The notes under the pieces are model-generated. The model was not told the DNA's origin, did no database searches, and was given only the letters and a program-made list of their open reading frames with translations. Of a stretch of DNA of 64,000 nt, positions 20,701 through 28,488 are shown piece by piece; positions within the stretch are counted from its first letter, which is position 1; each line of letters opens with the position of its first letter. Location: the NCBI GenBank assembly GCA_000002445.1, contig CM000208.1, positions 2,112,001 to 2,176,000 of the forward strand, in the 5' to 3' direction. The translations under genes were made by a program, and so were the position numbers. Origin of the DNA: Trypanosoma brucei. Its lineage: Eukaryota.

Positions 20701-21269
20701 AAAACCGAGGCCTTCGTGGTGTATTGGAACCTGTGGCAAGGAAAGGTAACCCGTCTTGCATTGTTGAGTATGGCGGTTGCTACTACGCCTTACTTGATGA
20801 GGAAGCAGTCCGAAGGTTCCTCATGCGTCCATGGCAATATGTGGACGGAGCGAAGTTGCCGCCCTCGCGGAAGGTGCCACTACCGGAAGGTAAGACGATG
20901 TCTACCATTGATGAAGAGGAGTTCATCCGCCGTATACTTTACGACCCTGTTGCGCACGCTCTGATAGCCGTGGCGGAGGTGCGCCCAAAGTACTACGGGC
21001 TTTCGCTGGAAGAGTCTGCGCTAAAGTATATTGCCCTTCACATGAAATGCTTTAATCCCAAGAATAGTGAGATACAAGCCAAGCAGTACAAGAAGAAGTT
21101 TGAAATTTTCAGCAAGCAATCTACATTGTACAAAACTATAACGATGCATTCCAACAGTATTACGCAGAATGAAAAGTTTGCAGAGCTTTGCGATGAGTGG
21201 GAGAATTCCAAGTATGGCCGCGAAAAGGAGCTTTCAATACACTGCGGTTGTGAGACCGAGCCTGTTTGA
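14760..21269 (+). CDS. giant multi-domain protein with degenerate adenylate-kinase-like P-loop modules and four YHS/TRASH-like Cys-Pro repeats; possibly flagellar
   Basis: This is an uninterrupted 2169-aa ORF. P-loop 1 is RIIVHGRRGVGKSHLAASLAKRLGCVHLDAGEL...GYVFSDIP (nt about 15900-16150). P-loop 2 is MWIVGQSKSGKKTLAQSL (nt about 18245-18300). An AK-like NMP/LID remnant, GVVLHNLPRTPDQYRLLLAWGLKVDKIFQFDD, lies at nt about 20110-20200. There are four repeats of about 45 aa: FCPVTFAEHG...YLASEEKLSMFRANP, FCPVTLCERR...YTFASLEAKTKFEFNP, FCPYSWCLGE...YFFSSEEYLERFLLCP and CCPVLLYDTR...YYALLDEEAVRRFLMRP. Long Glu/Asp-rich tracts are also present. Confidence 0.85.
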   Translation: MKAAQPVVVDVEETFDSVAEKLWCALPSVAKFHATFEKTPILGAESGNVGVVPQQSSVEDTSEAAAAKLDPPVTIRDAVVPVDEMQHLAGCVYTACHTNPVDADVEAAVAAILDKGDEENSVEYSWGDFREFLERVESQWMEWADMDQKWLAVTERQHIQVLKDLLESITYDVEPFGLLPRDKVLTMRSTIVHTKQLRTLFKTFVDFVSPPEYPAVYDKLWGLLIASQNGCEVAEVSPETPLELNSFTKFVLWFCLSIFVNATEAGLVVAAKTLWLRHLNERGVMLKKQFVDVCRYMCKFYSVGGSDVEYFEKCCARSEEALQGSDELPPFALFQQYMQPTEGRMLVDPNDLYIPEELERSKWMEELYRMNCSSNRIIVHGRRGVGKSHLAASLAKRLGCVHLDAGELALEAEAAAPADPLGAQLRECTDADAPISLATLAALVRKKICSSETRYRGYVFSDIPFFSSENDAEKISFFTDCGLLDELVPTTFVLVDCENEFHPERLEATLAARESDHQEELSLLKEEKEEEASYEALAQKIEELKATLSQITTKQEVEGGAEAPEGEEANAPELDPEEVEKDLKQLLEDQTVQEERKIEQADSRIARTKKYRELRLRRLVAQTLSEGYESGNEMSLTALPCFETALCRARLMGRCLTVDCASVAEEAVTYIVDTLSLQPCVRPWALVDKVERDPEREGSVFDDPDIERLTEEFATNFGVMTSSRWKRFCPVTFAEHGVLVEGSIAFGCVFRQQLFYLASEEKLSMFRANPCLYLGTLPLSREPILLLSLVEPQNDAQLSPTDMQILVRKLHEQLDLTPMAFSEFTTLWDSHRLLKGKRAEVLSNRTKYEVVERKQRADRLKKRLAQEKRKKKSQKSPGKGKGKKAKSVVEEVTVEEYKGWEKKAEAPETIATRIAKNLEERLERQNTLVPVLVHALDDNPLSGFDQLFSEKVVPRTVVVLQYEKPTKAEDSAVLEPSAAEGVEENSGEVPKVLLPQEVVLDKLSDLPDGGVDIVAEVSPHDVAIHRIVVNDKDVHALVTEIMQAVCPGMDPVGVGVVDDAVGEDDEEDAQEFDDDENEEDDVPTAVNPAIKPGKTFLNQFGTTLEFCPVTLCERRLLVRGQSDHCLQYRGYVYTFASLEAKTKFEFNPLRYMRSSYSLPPCRMWIVGQSKSGKKTLAQSLHEAYDVPYFQYNRKLFDQCVEVAMTPTGGVISNIFIPPQTFDNPYLALAAGILKEVQEFDPEQERRMKLREEAERELERREEAANNGDEEEDELDEEAEARLQEHLAFEPETEHDRQLRLSEAYLKVAGCVTHIEPFASKGYIMVCPPFSDGDIEVLSSVDAIPEVTVNMEVSDEIYIKRNKEAMSSVSYSEMSSGGIPEVREEPVVNEEAKLLRRLEYEDRRKEREVARWRRRHIGADDPESDIDEELGDEGAAGGGNDESQEDEANERPFDQDLIVEKEAVGEFAEAVEERSIPMIVLNGDLSRNAVFRRAVRRLSRFLENRRSLLHAPQIVRYEDATRMLESGEATLSCFGSTDPVTLYDLRHGSRRVCKWRPDGAYLEEEPLIEPDSSSSDAQGTAVPEGSEGKDESEDTLDSGDRKPEPPQLDTSSTEGDTESGDDEEMSELDSELLDEITEKFANRRRREWLRTCQRVALLHGRLFFFESDETLLRYMQNPLLFIQQPPPQPPLRSMPVITFYDDDGAYPPENSGPSRKRCTAEHVAFNLNWIYLSLPKLLSWSAVNASLLSLSRKAIDAVLSGSVDDALVARLLGHRLNAADAKQNGVVLHNLPRTPDQYRLLLAWGLKVDKIFQFDDNYRDVATLMKSTATIEKQLTTARVSVAGLSEICDCIDGFVVNEGRAILSHLTGFPIDIDNSYHTVADIETHLSPYRWFCPYSWCLGENLVDQEKADCRFAALYDGQYYFFSSEEYLERFLLCPSQVTLPPGFKALPTPLPVRVQPSTEYAFELEGCCPVLLYDTRENRGLRGVLEPVARKGNPSCIVEYGGCYYALLDEEAVRRFLMRPWQYVDGAKLPPSRKVPLPEGKTMSTIDEEEFIRRILYDPVAHALIAVAEVRPKYYGLSLEESALKYIALHMKCFNPKNSEIQAKQYKKKFEIFSKQSTLYKTITMHSNSITQNEKFAELCDEWENSKYGREKELSIHCGCETEPV

Positions 21270-21493
21270 GATATTATCTTCGTTGAAGTGTACGTTACTG
21301 TCCTTCCCACGATTGTCAGAAACGGTGAAGATGGTTATGTAAATAGATGGAAAGAAAAGAGAGGTATCCTGCATAGTATTTTGTTGCCCCCTTCTTTCAT
21401 GTGCTACAGGTGCCCTCTGTTTAGATGTTGCGAACCCGCGCGTACATTTCAGGTAGAGCAAAAATATATAGAGCACTGTGGCTTCATCATCTT

Positions 21494-21605
21494 TGGATTT
21501 TTTTTTTTTTGCAGGCTGTTGGTGTGTCCCCTTCCCATCTCTATACCTCCTTCTTTTCTTTCCCCTTCCTTTTTGTTTTTTCTTCACTTCATACACTCTT
21601 TGAGT
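21494..21605 (+). promoter_or_regulatory. polypyrimidine tract: candidate trans-splice acceptor region for the OTU gene, also the probable polyadenylation-coupling region for the upstream gene
   Basis: The region reads tggattttttttttttttgcAGgctgttggtgtgtccccttcccatctctatacctccttcttttctttcccc... Confidence 0.5.
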
Positions 21606-21660
21606 CGCCATTTCATTTCGAATTACTGACCCAGCGGGGGACACGTTATTTAGTGAGTGC

Positions 21661-22470
21661 GTGGGGACAAAAATGCTGCGCTTCCGGGTTCGCCTCCCGA
21701 AAGGCAAGGAGCCTGTTTCCATGGATCTTGATGGCACTACGACTTGGGGTTCGTTCGTGCAATCTATCAGTTCCCTAACCGACGTGCCGTGCTCGCAATT
21801 GCGGATTCTTAGTGGGTTCCCACCACGTCCCGTTGAGGTTGGTGATGGCGCTGCTTCCATTGCCAGTGTGCTTCCGGGGGGAGGAAACGTAATTGTGCAA
21901 GTGGGCGAGGCGGATGTGGTTAAGGGGAAGACAGAAGGTCGTTACGTGCCCCCAGTTGACGGCAAGTGGCATTTTGTTCGGCGCGTTTGCCCTTCAGATA
22001 ATTCTTGTTTGTTCCATGCTGCAGCTTATGTCCTCCGTAACAAGAGCCGAGTGGATGGACCGTCCCTGCGCAAAGAGTGCGCCGATATTGTGCAAGCATA
22101 TCCGAATGTCTTTAATGAGAAAACGATTCTTGACCGGCCAAACCGCGAGTACGTCGATTTCATACGGAACCCAAACGCTTGGGGCGGGGCGATCGAACTT
22201 ATGGTCCTCAGTTTCCTCACGCAAACTGAGATTGTTGCACTTGATTTGACGTCGTCTAATGTTTTGCACTTCGGTGAAGACAACAATTATACCGTTCGTG
22301 CCTATGTTGTGTTTAATGGGCAGCACTACGATGCTATCGCTATGAACCCCATGTTTAATTCACCTCAAGAGAGCGAGGATCAGGTCCTGTTTAGTTCTAC
22401 GGATGCCGAAGTCCTTAATCGTGCTAGACGCTTCGTTGCTGACGAGGCTAAAAAGTTGCGTTTGCGGTAA
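21661..22470 (+). CDS. OTU-family cysteine deubiquitinase with an N-terminal ubiquitin-like/UBX-like domain (Otu1/YOD1-like)
   Basis: This is a 269-aa ORF. The N-terminal region has a beta-grasp-like sequence (MLRFRVRLPKGKEPVSMDLDGTTTWGSFVQSI...QLRILSGFPPRP). The OTU catalytic Cys motif VCPSDNSCLFHAAAYVL is at nt about 21990-22030, and the His motif NGQHYDAIA is at nt about 22318-22340. A polypyrimidine tract lies at 21494-21605. Confidence 0.85.
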   Translation: MGTKMLRFRVRLPKGKEPVSMDLDGTTTWGSFVQSISSLTDVPCSQLRILSGFPPRPVEVGDGAASIASVLPGGGNVIVQVGEADVVKGKTEGRYVPPVDGKWHFVRRVCPSDNSCLFHAAAYVLRNKSRVDGPSLRKECADIVQAYPNVFNEKTILDRPNREYVDFIRNPNAWGGAIELMVLSFLTQTEIVALDLTSSNVLHFGEDNNYTVRAYVVFNGQHYDAIAMNPMFNSPQESEDQVLFSSTDAEVLNRARRFVADEAKKLRLR

Positions 22471-23258
22471 TCTGGTATCCGTTTAGTGCTTTCACACTGA
22501 CATTATATTTTTGTATTACCTAACTCTATATGCGGTCTGTGAAGTTATGTGAACTCATTTGCAGCATGGCCGGTTAGATGTGCGTGGTTTGATCGTGTTG
22601 AGGAGGGCACCACTTCCAAACAACACTGCGAAAGGCCTATCGTTTTGTCACACCTGTACCTTAACATGTTGTTTGTGTGTAGTGGTGCGGCGTGGGATTG
22701 TTTCGTTGGCACGTTTTTTCCCCCATATTCCAGTAGGGAATGATGCAGTGGAGTGGGCGGTTTGGTCTAACATGTAAGTGGGGTTTGGATGAGTGCCGTG
22801 ATGCTGATGCATGATCTGCCAATAACCCTCCAGCAGATGTAGGGGACTACCGCGTGGAATTGGTGTTGCCATTTCACGTGTGAACTCGTCTCATATTTTG
22901 CCTTGGTTGTCGTACGGTTGTGCCCTCTCCATCCCCTCTTGTTTGTTTGTCTTACACTCACTTTCTGTGTCAGCAGTGTGAGAGTGTACCCGCGACGGTA
23001 CTGACGCCAATGCAGCGTCCGAGAGAAAGAATGCGCTCCCGCAGGCTCATGAGTGGATTTCCCCCGATTTTTGTTGCTTTTGTTCTGTGTCTAAGTGTTA
23101 GGAGTGTAAGAATTTATCCACTACTGATTTGTGTGGAGAGTGTCCACCACTTGTGCCTGAGGGGTGTACACACCACACGCGGGTAGCAGCTGTGATACAT
23201 CGTGGAGGTGTCTTTCTGAGGTGTGTGTGTGTGTGTGTCTGCGCGCTAATTTTGCAGT

Positions 23259-25025
23259 GTGATTATGGCTTCGTTATCACCCCTGGAGTCAAGAAGAAAC
23301 ATGCAATTGTCCCCTTATGCTTCCCCGCGGCGCAACCCAATGGCAACACTCCACACGCGTGAAGCCCCTTTGGAGGGCCGTGAGGCAGAGGCTGCGTTGA
23401 TATCTGCCACGCTCGCAAATGCTCAGCTGCGCGCATCACAGGCCGCCGTAGAGCAGCGCTCGGAAGAGGTGGATGATCTCCGAGAGGCCCGAGATGCCCT
23501 GGAGAGGGAAATGGCGGAAAAGGACGAGGAGAGCCAGGCAGCAGCAACATACTTTGAAAAGCAAATGACTTTGGTGAAGGAGGTGAACCGCAAACTCAAG
23601 GAAGAATTGGTTAACGAGCGTGCGACGGCTGAACTGCGTATGGAAGAGGTTGTGGGCAAAATGCAGGAGGAACTTCAAGAGCGTGATAGCCTTATAGCAA
23701 CTTTGAAACAGCGCCTTGAGGATGTTGAGAGTGACCTCAGAAGCGTTATCGAGTTCAGGGACGCGCGCGATGCGCACGAAAAGGAAATTAAAGAACTTCG
23801 TGTAGTTTACGCAGAAGAGTGTGAAAACCATCAGCGCAATGAGCGAGAGATGCGGCTTCAGTGCATGGAAGAGCGTGTGAGGCTTCGGGAAAAGGAGGAA
23901 AAGTATGAGCGAGAGCGGGAAGAAGAGGTTGCACGTTTAGCGCGTAGTTACCTTAGCAAAAAGACGCGTGCTATAGAAGAACAGAACAAAAGCCTCGAGA
24001 CACACATCTCCTTTCTTTCCAGTGACGCAGATGCTGCGCGAAATGAAGCAGAGACTTTGCAAAAGACTAACAACGGGCTAAGGCGAGATGCCGAACTAGC
24101 ATCTTCGGTGGAGACAATGCACGCAGTTCATCACGCGAAGCAGAGGAACGAGATTGCCCTCCTCAGAGATCAAGTGAGAACCACCGAAGACAACTTAAAT
24201 AGTTCATTGGAAGAGTATGAGAAGCGATTGCAGAAACAGGAGAAGATCCATGCGGCTGAGATGATGAAACTCTCAAGTGAGCGTGACAAGTGGCGGTCAA
24301 CCGCAGAGAATCTGCGTGCTGACTTGCTAAAGATGCGTTCAATTTCAGAAAAGTTAATCGAACAACGTTCCGACATGGAAACGTTCTTTCACCAGGCCCT
24401 GGAACAGGTTCGCCAGGAGGTGTCAGAGGAACGACGGAACGCTCCGCACAAAATTTGTTTCCGCAAGCCTCCCAAAGGGATCCCGTCTGATTTGCTGCAG
24501 CTTACGCGGGGCAGGGAGCCGCTCATGATCGGTGACCGCAGCCATGTGATGCCGACATCGCATTCCACACTTACGAAAAAGGTGGTCGATGCCAACGTGT
24601 CGTGCACAAACAGCAGCGTAGTTTCTCGTAGTGCCGACACGGGGGGCGGGTCACTTCCATTAATCACAATGTCGGGATCTCCGTTCTTTTCTCCAGCAAA
24701 TGTGCTTGTGCCACCAATAGAATGGCGCAGCACCAGTCGTGAAATGCAGGCGACGAACGGCGGTAGACTCGTTGAGGAGCGTCCATTGGGAATCAGCGAC
24801 CTCCTGAGTGTTCCAACTGCGCCGAAGATAAAGGACCTCCATACAGTTGATATATCGCAACTAAGTTGGTCCGATAAGGAGCGCGTATTGCAATTGTTGT
24901 TCAAGCACATGAAGAGGGGGGCCACTGCAAAAAAAACGGAAAAGCGGGTCCCCACGCATGACACGAATTTTTTGTCGATCACTCCATCTGCGACCCCTGA
25001 AGTAAACACATTTCTCACGGATTAA
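23259..25025 (+). CDS. coiled-coil protein (cytoskeletal/flagellar type), conserved hypothetical
   Basis: This is a 588-aa ORF. Residues about 50-380 are heptad-rich and charged (EEVDDLREARDALEREMAEKDEE..., KEIKELRVVYAEECENHQRNEREMRLQ...). The C-terminus carries a conserved-looking motif, DISQLSWSDKERVLQLLFKHMKRG. Confidence 0.7.
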   Translation: MIMASLSPLESRRNMQLSPYASPRRNPMATLHTREAPLEGREAEAALISATLANAQLRASQAAVEQRSEEVDDLREARDALEREMAEKDEESQAAATYFEKQMTLVKEVNRKLKEELVNERATAELRMEEVVGKMQEELQERDSLIATLKQRLEDVESDLRSVIEFRDARDAHEKEIKELRVVYAEECENHQRNEREMRLQCMEERVRLREKEEKYEREREEEVARLARSYLSKKTRAIEEQNKSLETHISFLSSDADAARNEAETLQKTNNGLRRDAELASSVETMHAVHHAKQRNEIALLRDQVRTTEDNLNSSLEEYEKRLQKQEKIHAAEMMKLSSERDKWRSTAENLRADLLKMRSISEKLIEQRSDMETFFHQALEQVRQEVSEERRNAPHKICFRKPPKGIPSDLLQLTRGREPLMIGDRSHVMPTSHSTLTKKVVDANVSCTNSSVVSRSADTGGGSLPLITMSGSPFFSPANVLVPPIEWRSTSREMQATNGGRLVEERPLGISDLLSVPTAPKIKDLHTVDISQLSWSDKERVLQLLFKHMKRGATAKKTEKRVPTHDTNFLSITPSATPEVNTFLTD

Positions 25026-25494
25026 ACAATTTAATCAACTCGTCTTTACCTCCTTTTGCATTTGGGCGCAATTTGTCTGTATCCTAGGGCGTTCTCCCCC
25101 TCTATGTTTGTTTTTGTTTTTCTGGTACGGAAACCCACGCTGTCCATGCCGATTTCCCCCCTTCCTTTTCCCCTCTGCACTGTTTGATTGGTTGTTCCCG
25201 TGTCCCTTACGGGAAGGCCTTCAATGAGAGGGAGTGTGACATGTTCCATTACTTCAAATTCTTTAATAATATACCCTTTTTTCCATTGTTTGTGTTGTGA
25301 GGTTCCTGAACATGCCTCCTTCACTCGAGGTGAGCGGAGCTATCAATGTTTCCTTCTTCCCCTTCATATACTTATTGGTACTCCACCGCATTGTACCTTT
25401 CCTGGACCTCTTTTCGCGGCAACGCGAATGTGTGTATCCGTACGTGGTGTTTTGCTGTGAGATTCGAGTGTGTAATGTTTTCGGACGGTATCAT

Positions 25495-25507
25495 GGGGGG
25501 GGGGGGG
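25495..25507 (+). repeat. G13 homopolymer on the sense strand
   Basis: Direct reading shows catgggggggggggggacc. Confidence 0.9.
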
Positions 25508-25758
25508 ACCATGTACCAAATTCACTGTTTGCAAGAAAGTGGTGTCTGTCTACCTTCATTATTTTTGTTGTGCGCCTGTACCCACCTGTTTTTTAAAAAC
25601 CTTTCTTCTGCTTCTCACATTACTGGATAATTTATTAATGCCCTCTGATGTTTTAGGTTGCACCTAATTGGGTTTTTGCTTCGTCGTCTTGCTATGCTAC
25701 CTCTTTCTCACCCTGTTTGTTTTCAATTTCCTGTTAGTAGAGCGTAATAGGGCACTGG

Positions 25759-28488
25759 ATGATCCCCGTGGCAGGCCGCCGCAAAGGCCTGAGTCAGGCA
25801 CCTAATTTGGGGTCTGCGGGGAACAATGAGACAAACTCATCGCTTGGTGGAGGCTTCACCACCTCAACCGGAGCAGCACCTTCACCTGCTACCGCCGGGG
25901 ACGCCCTTTCGTTTCTTGACTTCGATAACGACACCGGACCCACACAAGCTTCCGCACCCGTCGCATCACGAAGGGGAGCCCCCACAGCTGCACCCCCTCA
26001 GCGGGACACACTTTCGTTTCTCGATTTCGATGACGATGAAGGACCTTCCAAGCCTTCAGCACCTGCTGCGTCAAGGAGGACGGCACCCCCAGTCGCCCCC
26101 GCCCCTGCGCAGAGCGCCCCGTCATTTCTTGATTTTGACGATGATGACGGACCCACAAAACCACCCCCGCGATCGCAACCTCCGGCATCTGCCGCCTCCA
26201 GAGGGGCACCCGCTCAGGCAGTGCCCTCCTTTCTCGATTTCGATGACGATGCTCCTGCAAATGTTCCTTCAACACCTCAACCCTCTGCTGCGGTGTCTTT
26301 AGAAATCACTAATCGGTGGCACGAACTGCAGAAGGAGCTCCAACGCGTGCAAGTTGAGACCCTCAGTTGCGAGGAGGTGATTCGGAAGTTCGAAAGCGGC
26401 GAACACGAATTGTGCCTGGAAGTGGGGACTCTAGACGAACAAGTGCAGCAGAAGCAGGCGGCGGGGGAGAAGGCAGCTGCAGCGCGAGAAGAGTTGGAGA
26501 GGGCGCTGGAACTAAGACGCCAACAGCTCACAGAAGAGAACGAGGCAAAGCACAAACAACTATTAGTGGAGGGTGTCAATACCATGCGAGAGCGGTACGA
26601 GGACGAGCTGAGTACTCTAACTGCATCTGTAGAAGACCAGAAAGTGAACCTGTTGGCTGTTGAAGAGAAGCACAGCACTATGGATGGGTCGATCAGCAGT
26701 GTTGAATTATATGAACGAGCGGTTTGTCAACTGCAAGAGAGGTTGAAGGCAACGCTGCGCGACATAAGCGCTGCGGTTTGCTTGCGAATCAAACCGTCGC
26801 TCACTAATTGCATCAGAGACACCGTAGCACAGTTTGCCCAGGAGAGGTCGGATATGCAGTGCAATGATCGGCGTAGAAGACGCGAGCAGTTGGACACTTT
26901 CCAGAAGAATGTGGATAAAGGATTCTCATCATTTTGTGAAGAACGGCGAACTAAACATCAGTCGCGAGTGGACTCCATCTTTGGTGGAGAGAGATTTCGT
27001 TTCCAAGCAGAGGTTGAGCGACGGTTTACCACGTCTAGGATGGAGTTTATGGAACGACAGAAGGAGCTTACAGCTGAGGCAAAGAAAGGAGCGCTGATTA
27101 CTTTTGAGGAGATGACGCGTCGAGCAGCCGCAGATATGGAGGTGTTTCAGAGAAAGATGAAGGAAGAACTGAGGTTGATGGAGGAGCGATATGCTGCTGA
27201 GTTGGCTCATCTTGCGCGGCTTCAGGCTTCGGAGAAGGCGGCGGCACTTCGACCCCGCTGTGAAAATGATGAGCTGGGCTCCAGCGTTACTGCCGCCACG
27301 CCTTCAGTTTGTAAGGCAGTTGAAAAGGATGTGAGGTACTTGCGGGAGCGCGTGGAACAGATTAAGCAGTCTGTCTCACTCGATATCCAGGATCTTTCTA
27401 TTGCTTCACAGCACCCTAGATGTGAATCTCTCTCTGCGTTGGGGAAGGAGCGCATGCTGGCGGAACTGGAGGAAAAAGTGCGTCTGCTTAGTCGCCAGTT
27501 CGGTGCTCAGTGGCAGCGTTTTAAATCTGCAGTGGGACCGCTGCATCAATCCGTGCAGCTGATGGTACGTGGGTTGCAGGACGGGCGAGTGAGAGCCGCT
27601 GCTCAACAACAGGAAACTGAATGTATTTATCGTGAGTGGACCCAAAGTGTTAGGAAGGAATTGTCAATGTGTTTGACAAGTGGTGGGGCGTCGTCAGAGT
27701 CTGCGGAATTACAAAGCGGGCTTGTGTCTATGACTCGGGTAGTGGAGATGGCACGGGCGCAGGTTCAGGCTGTACTGGAGGCTCAGAGGCATCGCTCCGA
27801 GGTGCTAAGGGGCTTTAATTCCGAGGTACAGGAGAGCCTATCTGCACTTGTTAAGCAGCGCGTAGCCTCAAACGGCACCCTCCATTCTGTATTTGATGAG
27901 TATGAGCGTCTGTCCCATGCGGCGGCGGAGGTGGAGGCGAAGCGTAGGGCCCTTGAGGTGGCAGCAGAAAATTACGATCACGCGAAACAAGTATTGGAAA
28001 AGGAACGTGAAACATTCGATGGTAGGTTGAAGGTGGCGCAAGAGCTTGGCGTCAAACTCCGGATCGATTCAGAGAAACTGGAGAGGAAGGCAGCGCGGTA
28101 TGCGCGCGCTCGGCTTTCTGGTGGCTCACAGTTTGTACGGGCTGTTACAATGGAAAAACCACTTCGTGATCGTCTGCAGTGCGGAAAACGTATGGAGTGG
28201 AGGAGTCAATCTCACGGACATTCTCCCAGAAAGCGGGCGGCGGATTGTGTGTCTGGCCACCCATCGCCTAGTTCCGCGGAGTACAGGCGCTCTGCAACTG
28301 CGTCGAACGGTGGAGATGTGCTCGACTTTGTTACTCTTCTGAGTTTTGATGATGCCGTGGGGCAAGGTGACTCTGGAGACTTGCAACACAAGCGGCAACC
28401 GTGCCAGTATAGAAGCACTACGTCGTTTGATCCGTCAAGTTGTGGCAGTGACGGAACGTACTTTACAACACCTTCAACTCTCAACTAA
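25759..28488 (+). CDS. coiled-coil protein with an N-terminal array of four acidic FLDFDDD motifs
   Basis: This is a 909-aa ORF. The N-terminal 180 aa is Pro/Ala/Ser-rich and contains four units spaced about 35 aa apart: LSFLDFDNDTGP, LSFLDFDDDEGP, PSFLDFDDDDGP and PSFLDFDDDAPA, each followed by SAPxASRRxAP. The remainder is a long coiled coil. Confidence 0.75.
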   Translation: MIPVAGRRKGLSQAPNLGSAGNNETNSSLGGGFTTSTGAAPSPATAGDALSFLDFDNDTGPTQASAPVASRRGAPTAAPPQRDTLSFLDFDDDEGPSKPSAPAASRRTAPPVAPAPAQSAPSFLDFDDDDGPTKPPPRSQPPASAASRGAPAQAVPSFLDFDDDAPANVPSTPQPSAAVSLEITNRWHELQKELQRVQVETLSCEEVIRKFESGEHELCLEVGTLDEQVQQKQAAGEKAAAAREELERALELRRQQLTEENEAKHKQLLVEGVNTMRERYEDELSTLTASVEDQKVNLLAVEEKHSTMDGSISSVELYERAVCQLQERLKATLRDISAAVCLRIKPSLTNCIRDTVAQFAQERSDMQCNDRRRRREQLDTFQKNVDKGFSSFCEERRTKHQSRVDSIFGGERFRFQAEVERRFTTSRMEFMERQKELTAEAKKGALITFEEMTRRAAADMEVFQRKMKEELRLMEERYAAELAHLARLQASEKAAALRPRCENDELGSSVTAATPSVCKAVEKDVRYLRERVEQIKQSVSLDIQDLSIASQHPRCESLSALGKERMLAELEEKVRLLSRQFGAQWQRFKSAVGPLHQSVQLMVRGLQDGRVRAAAQQQETECIYREWTQSVRKELSMCLTSGGASSESAELQSGLVSMTRVVEMARAQVQAVLEAQRHRSEVLRGFNSEVQESLSALVKQRVASNGTLHSVFDEYERLSHAAAEVEAKRRALEVAAENYDHAKQVLEKERETFDGRLKVAQELGVKLRIDSEKLERKAARYARARLSGGSQFVRAVTMEKPLRDRLQCGKRMEWRSQSHGHSPRKRAADCVSGHPSPSSAEYRRSATASNGGDVLDFVTLLSFDDAVGQGDSGDLQHKRQPCQYRSTTSFDPSSCGSDGTYFTTPSTLN
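25906..26262 (+). repeat. intragenic diverged tandem repeat (4 units of about 105 nt) encoding xSFLDFDDDxGP...SAPxASRRxAP
   Basis: Four copies of ttcttgacttcgat / ttctcgatttcgat / ttcttgattttgac / ttctcgatttcgat recur at spacings of about 105 nt. Confidence 0.85.

Noticed and set aside
21234-21860. 208-aa minus-strand ORF spanning the OTU gene start
   Set aside because: Its basic K/R/G-rich stretch is the antisense translation of the polypyrimidine tract at 21494-21605. It overlaps two + genes.
22735-22860. Possible C/D-box snoRNA (several UGAUG and CUGA motifs: gtgatgctgatgcatgatctgcc)
   Set aside because: The spacing between the box C-like and box D-like elements and the terminal stem are not convincing. 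The region is more simply the 3'UTR of the OTU gene or the 5'UTR of the next gene.
24389-25018. 209-aa minus-strand ORF
   Set aside because: It is antisense to the 3' part of the coiled-coil gene 23259-25025. There is no independent support and the composition is atypical.
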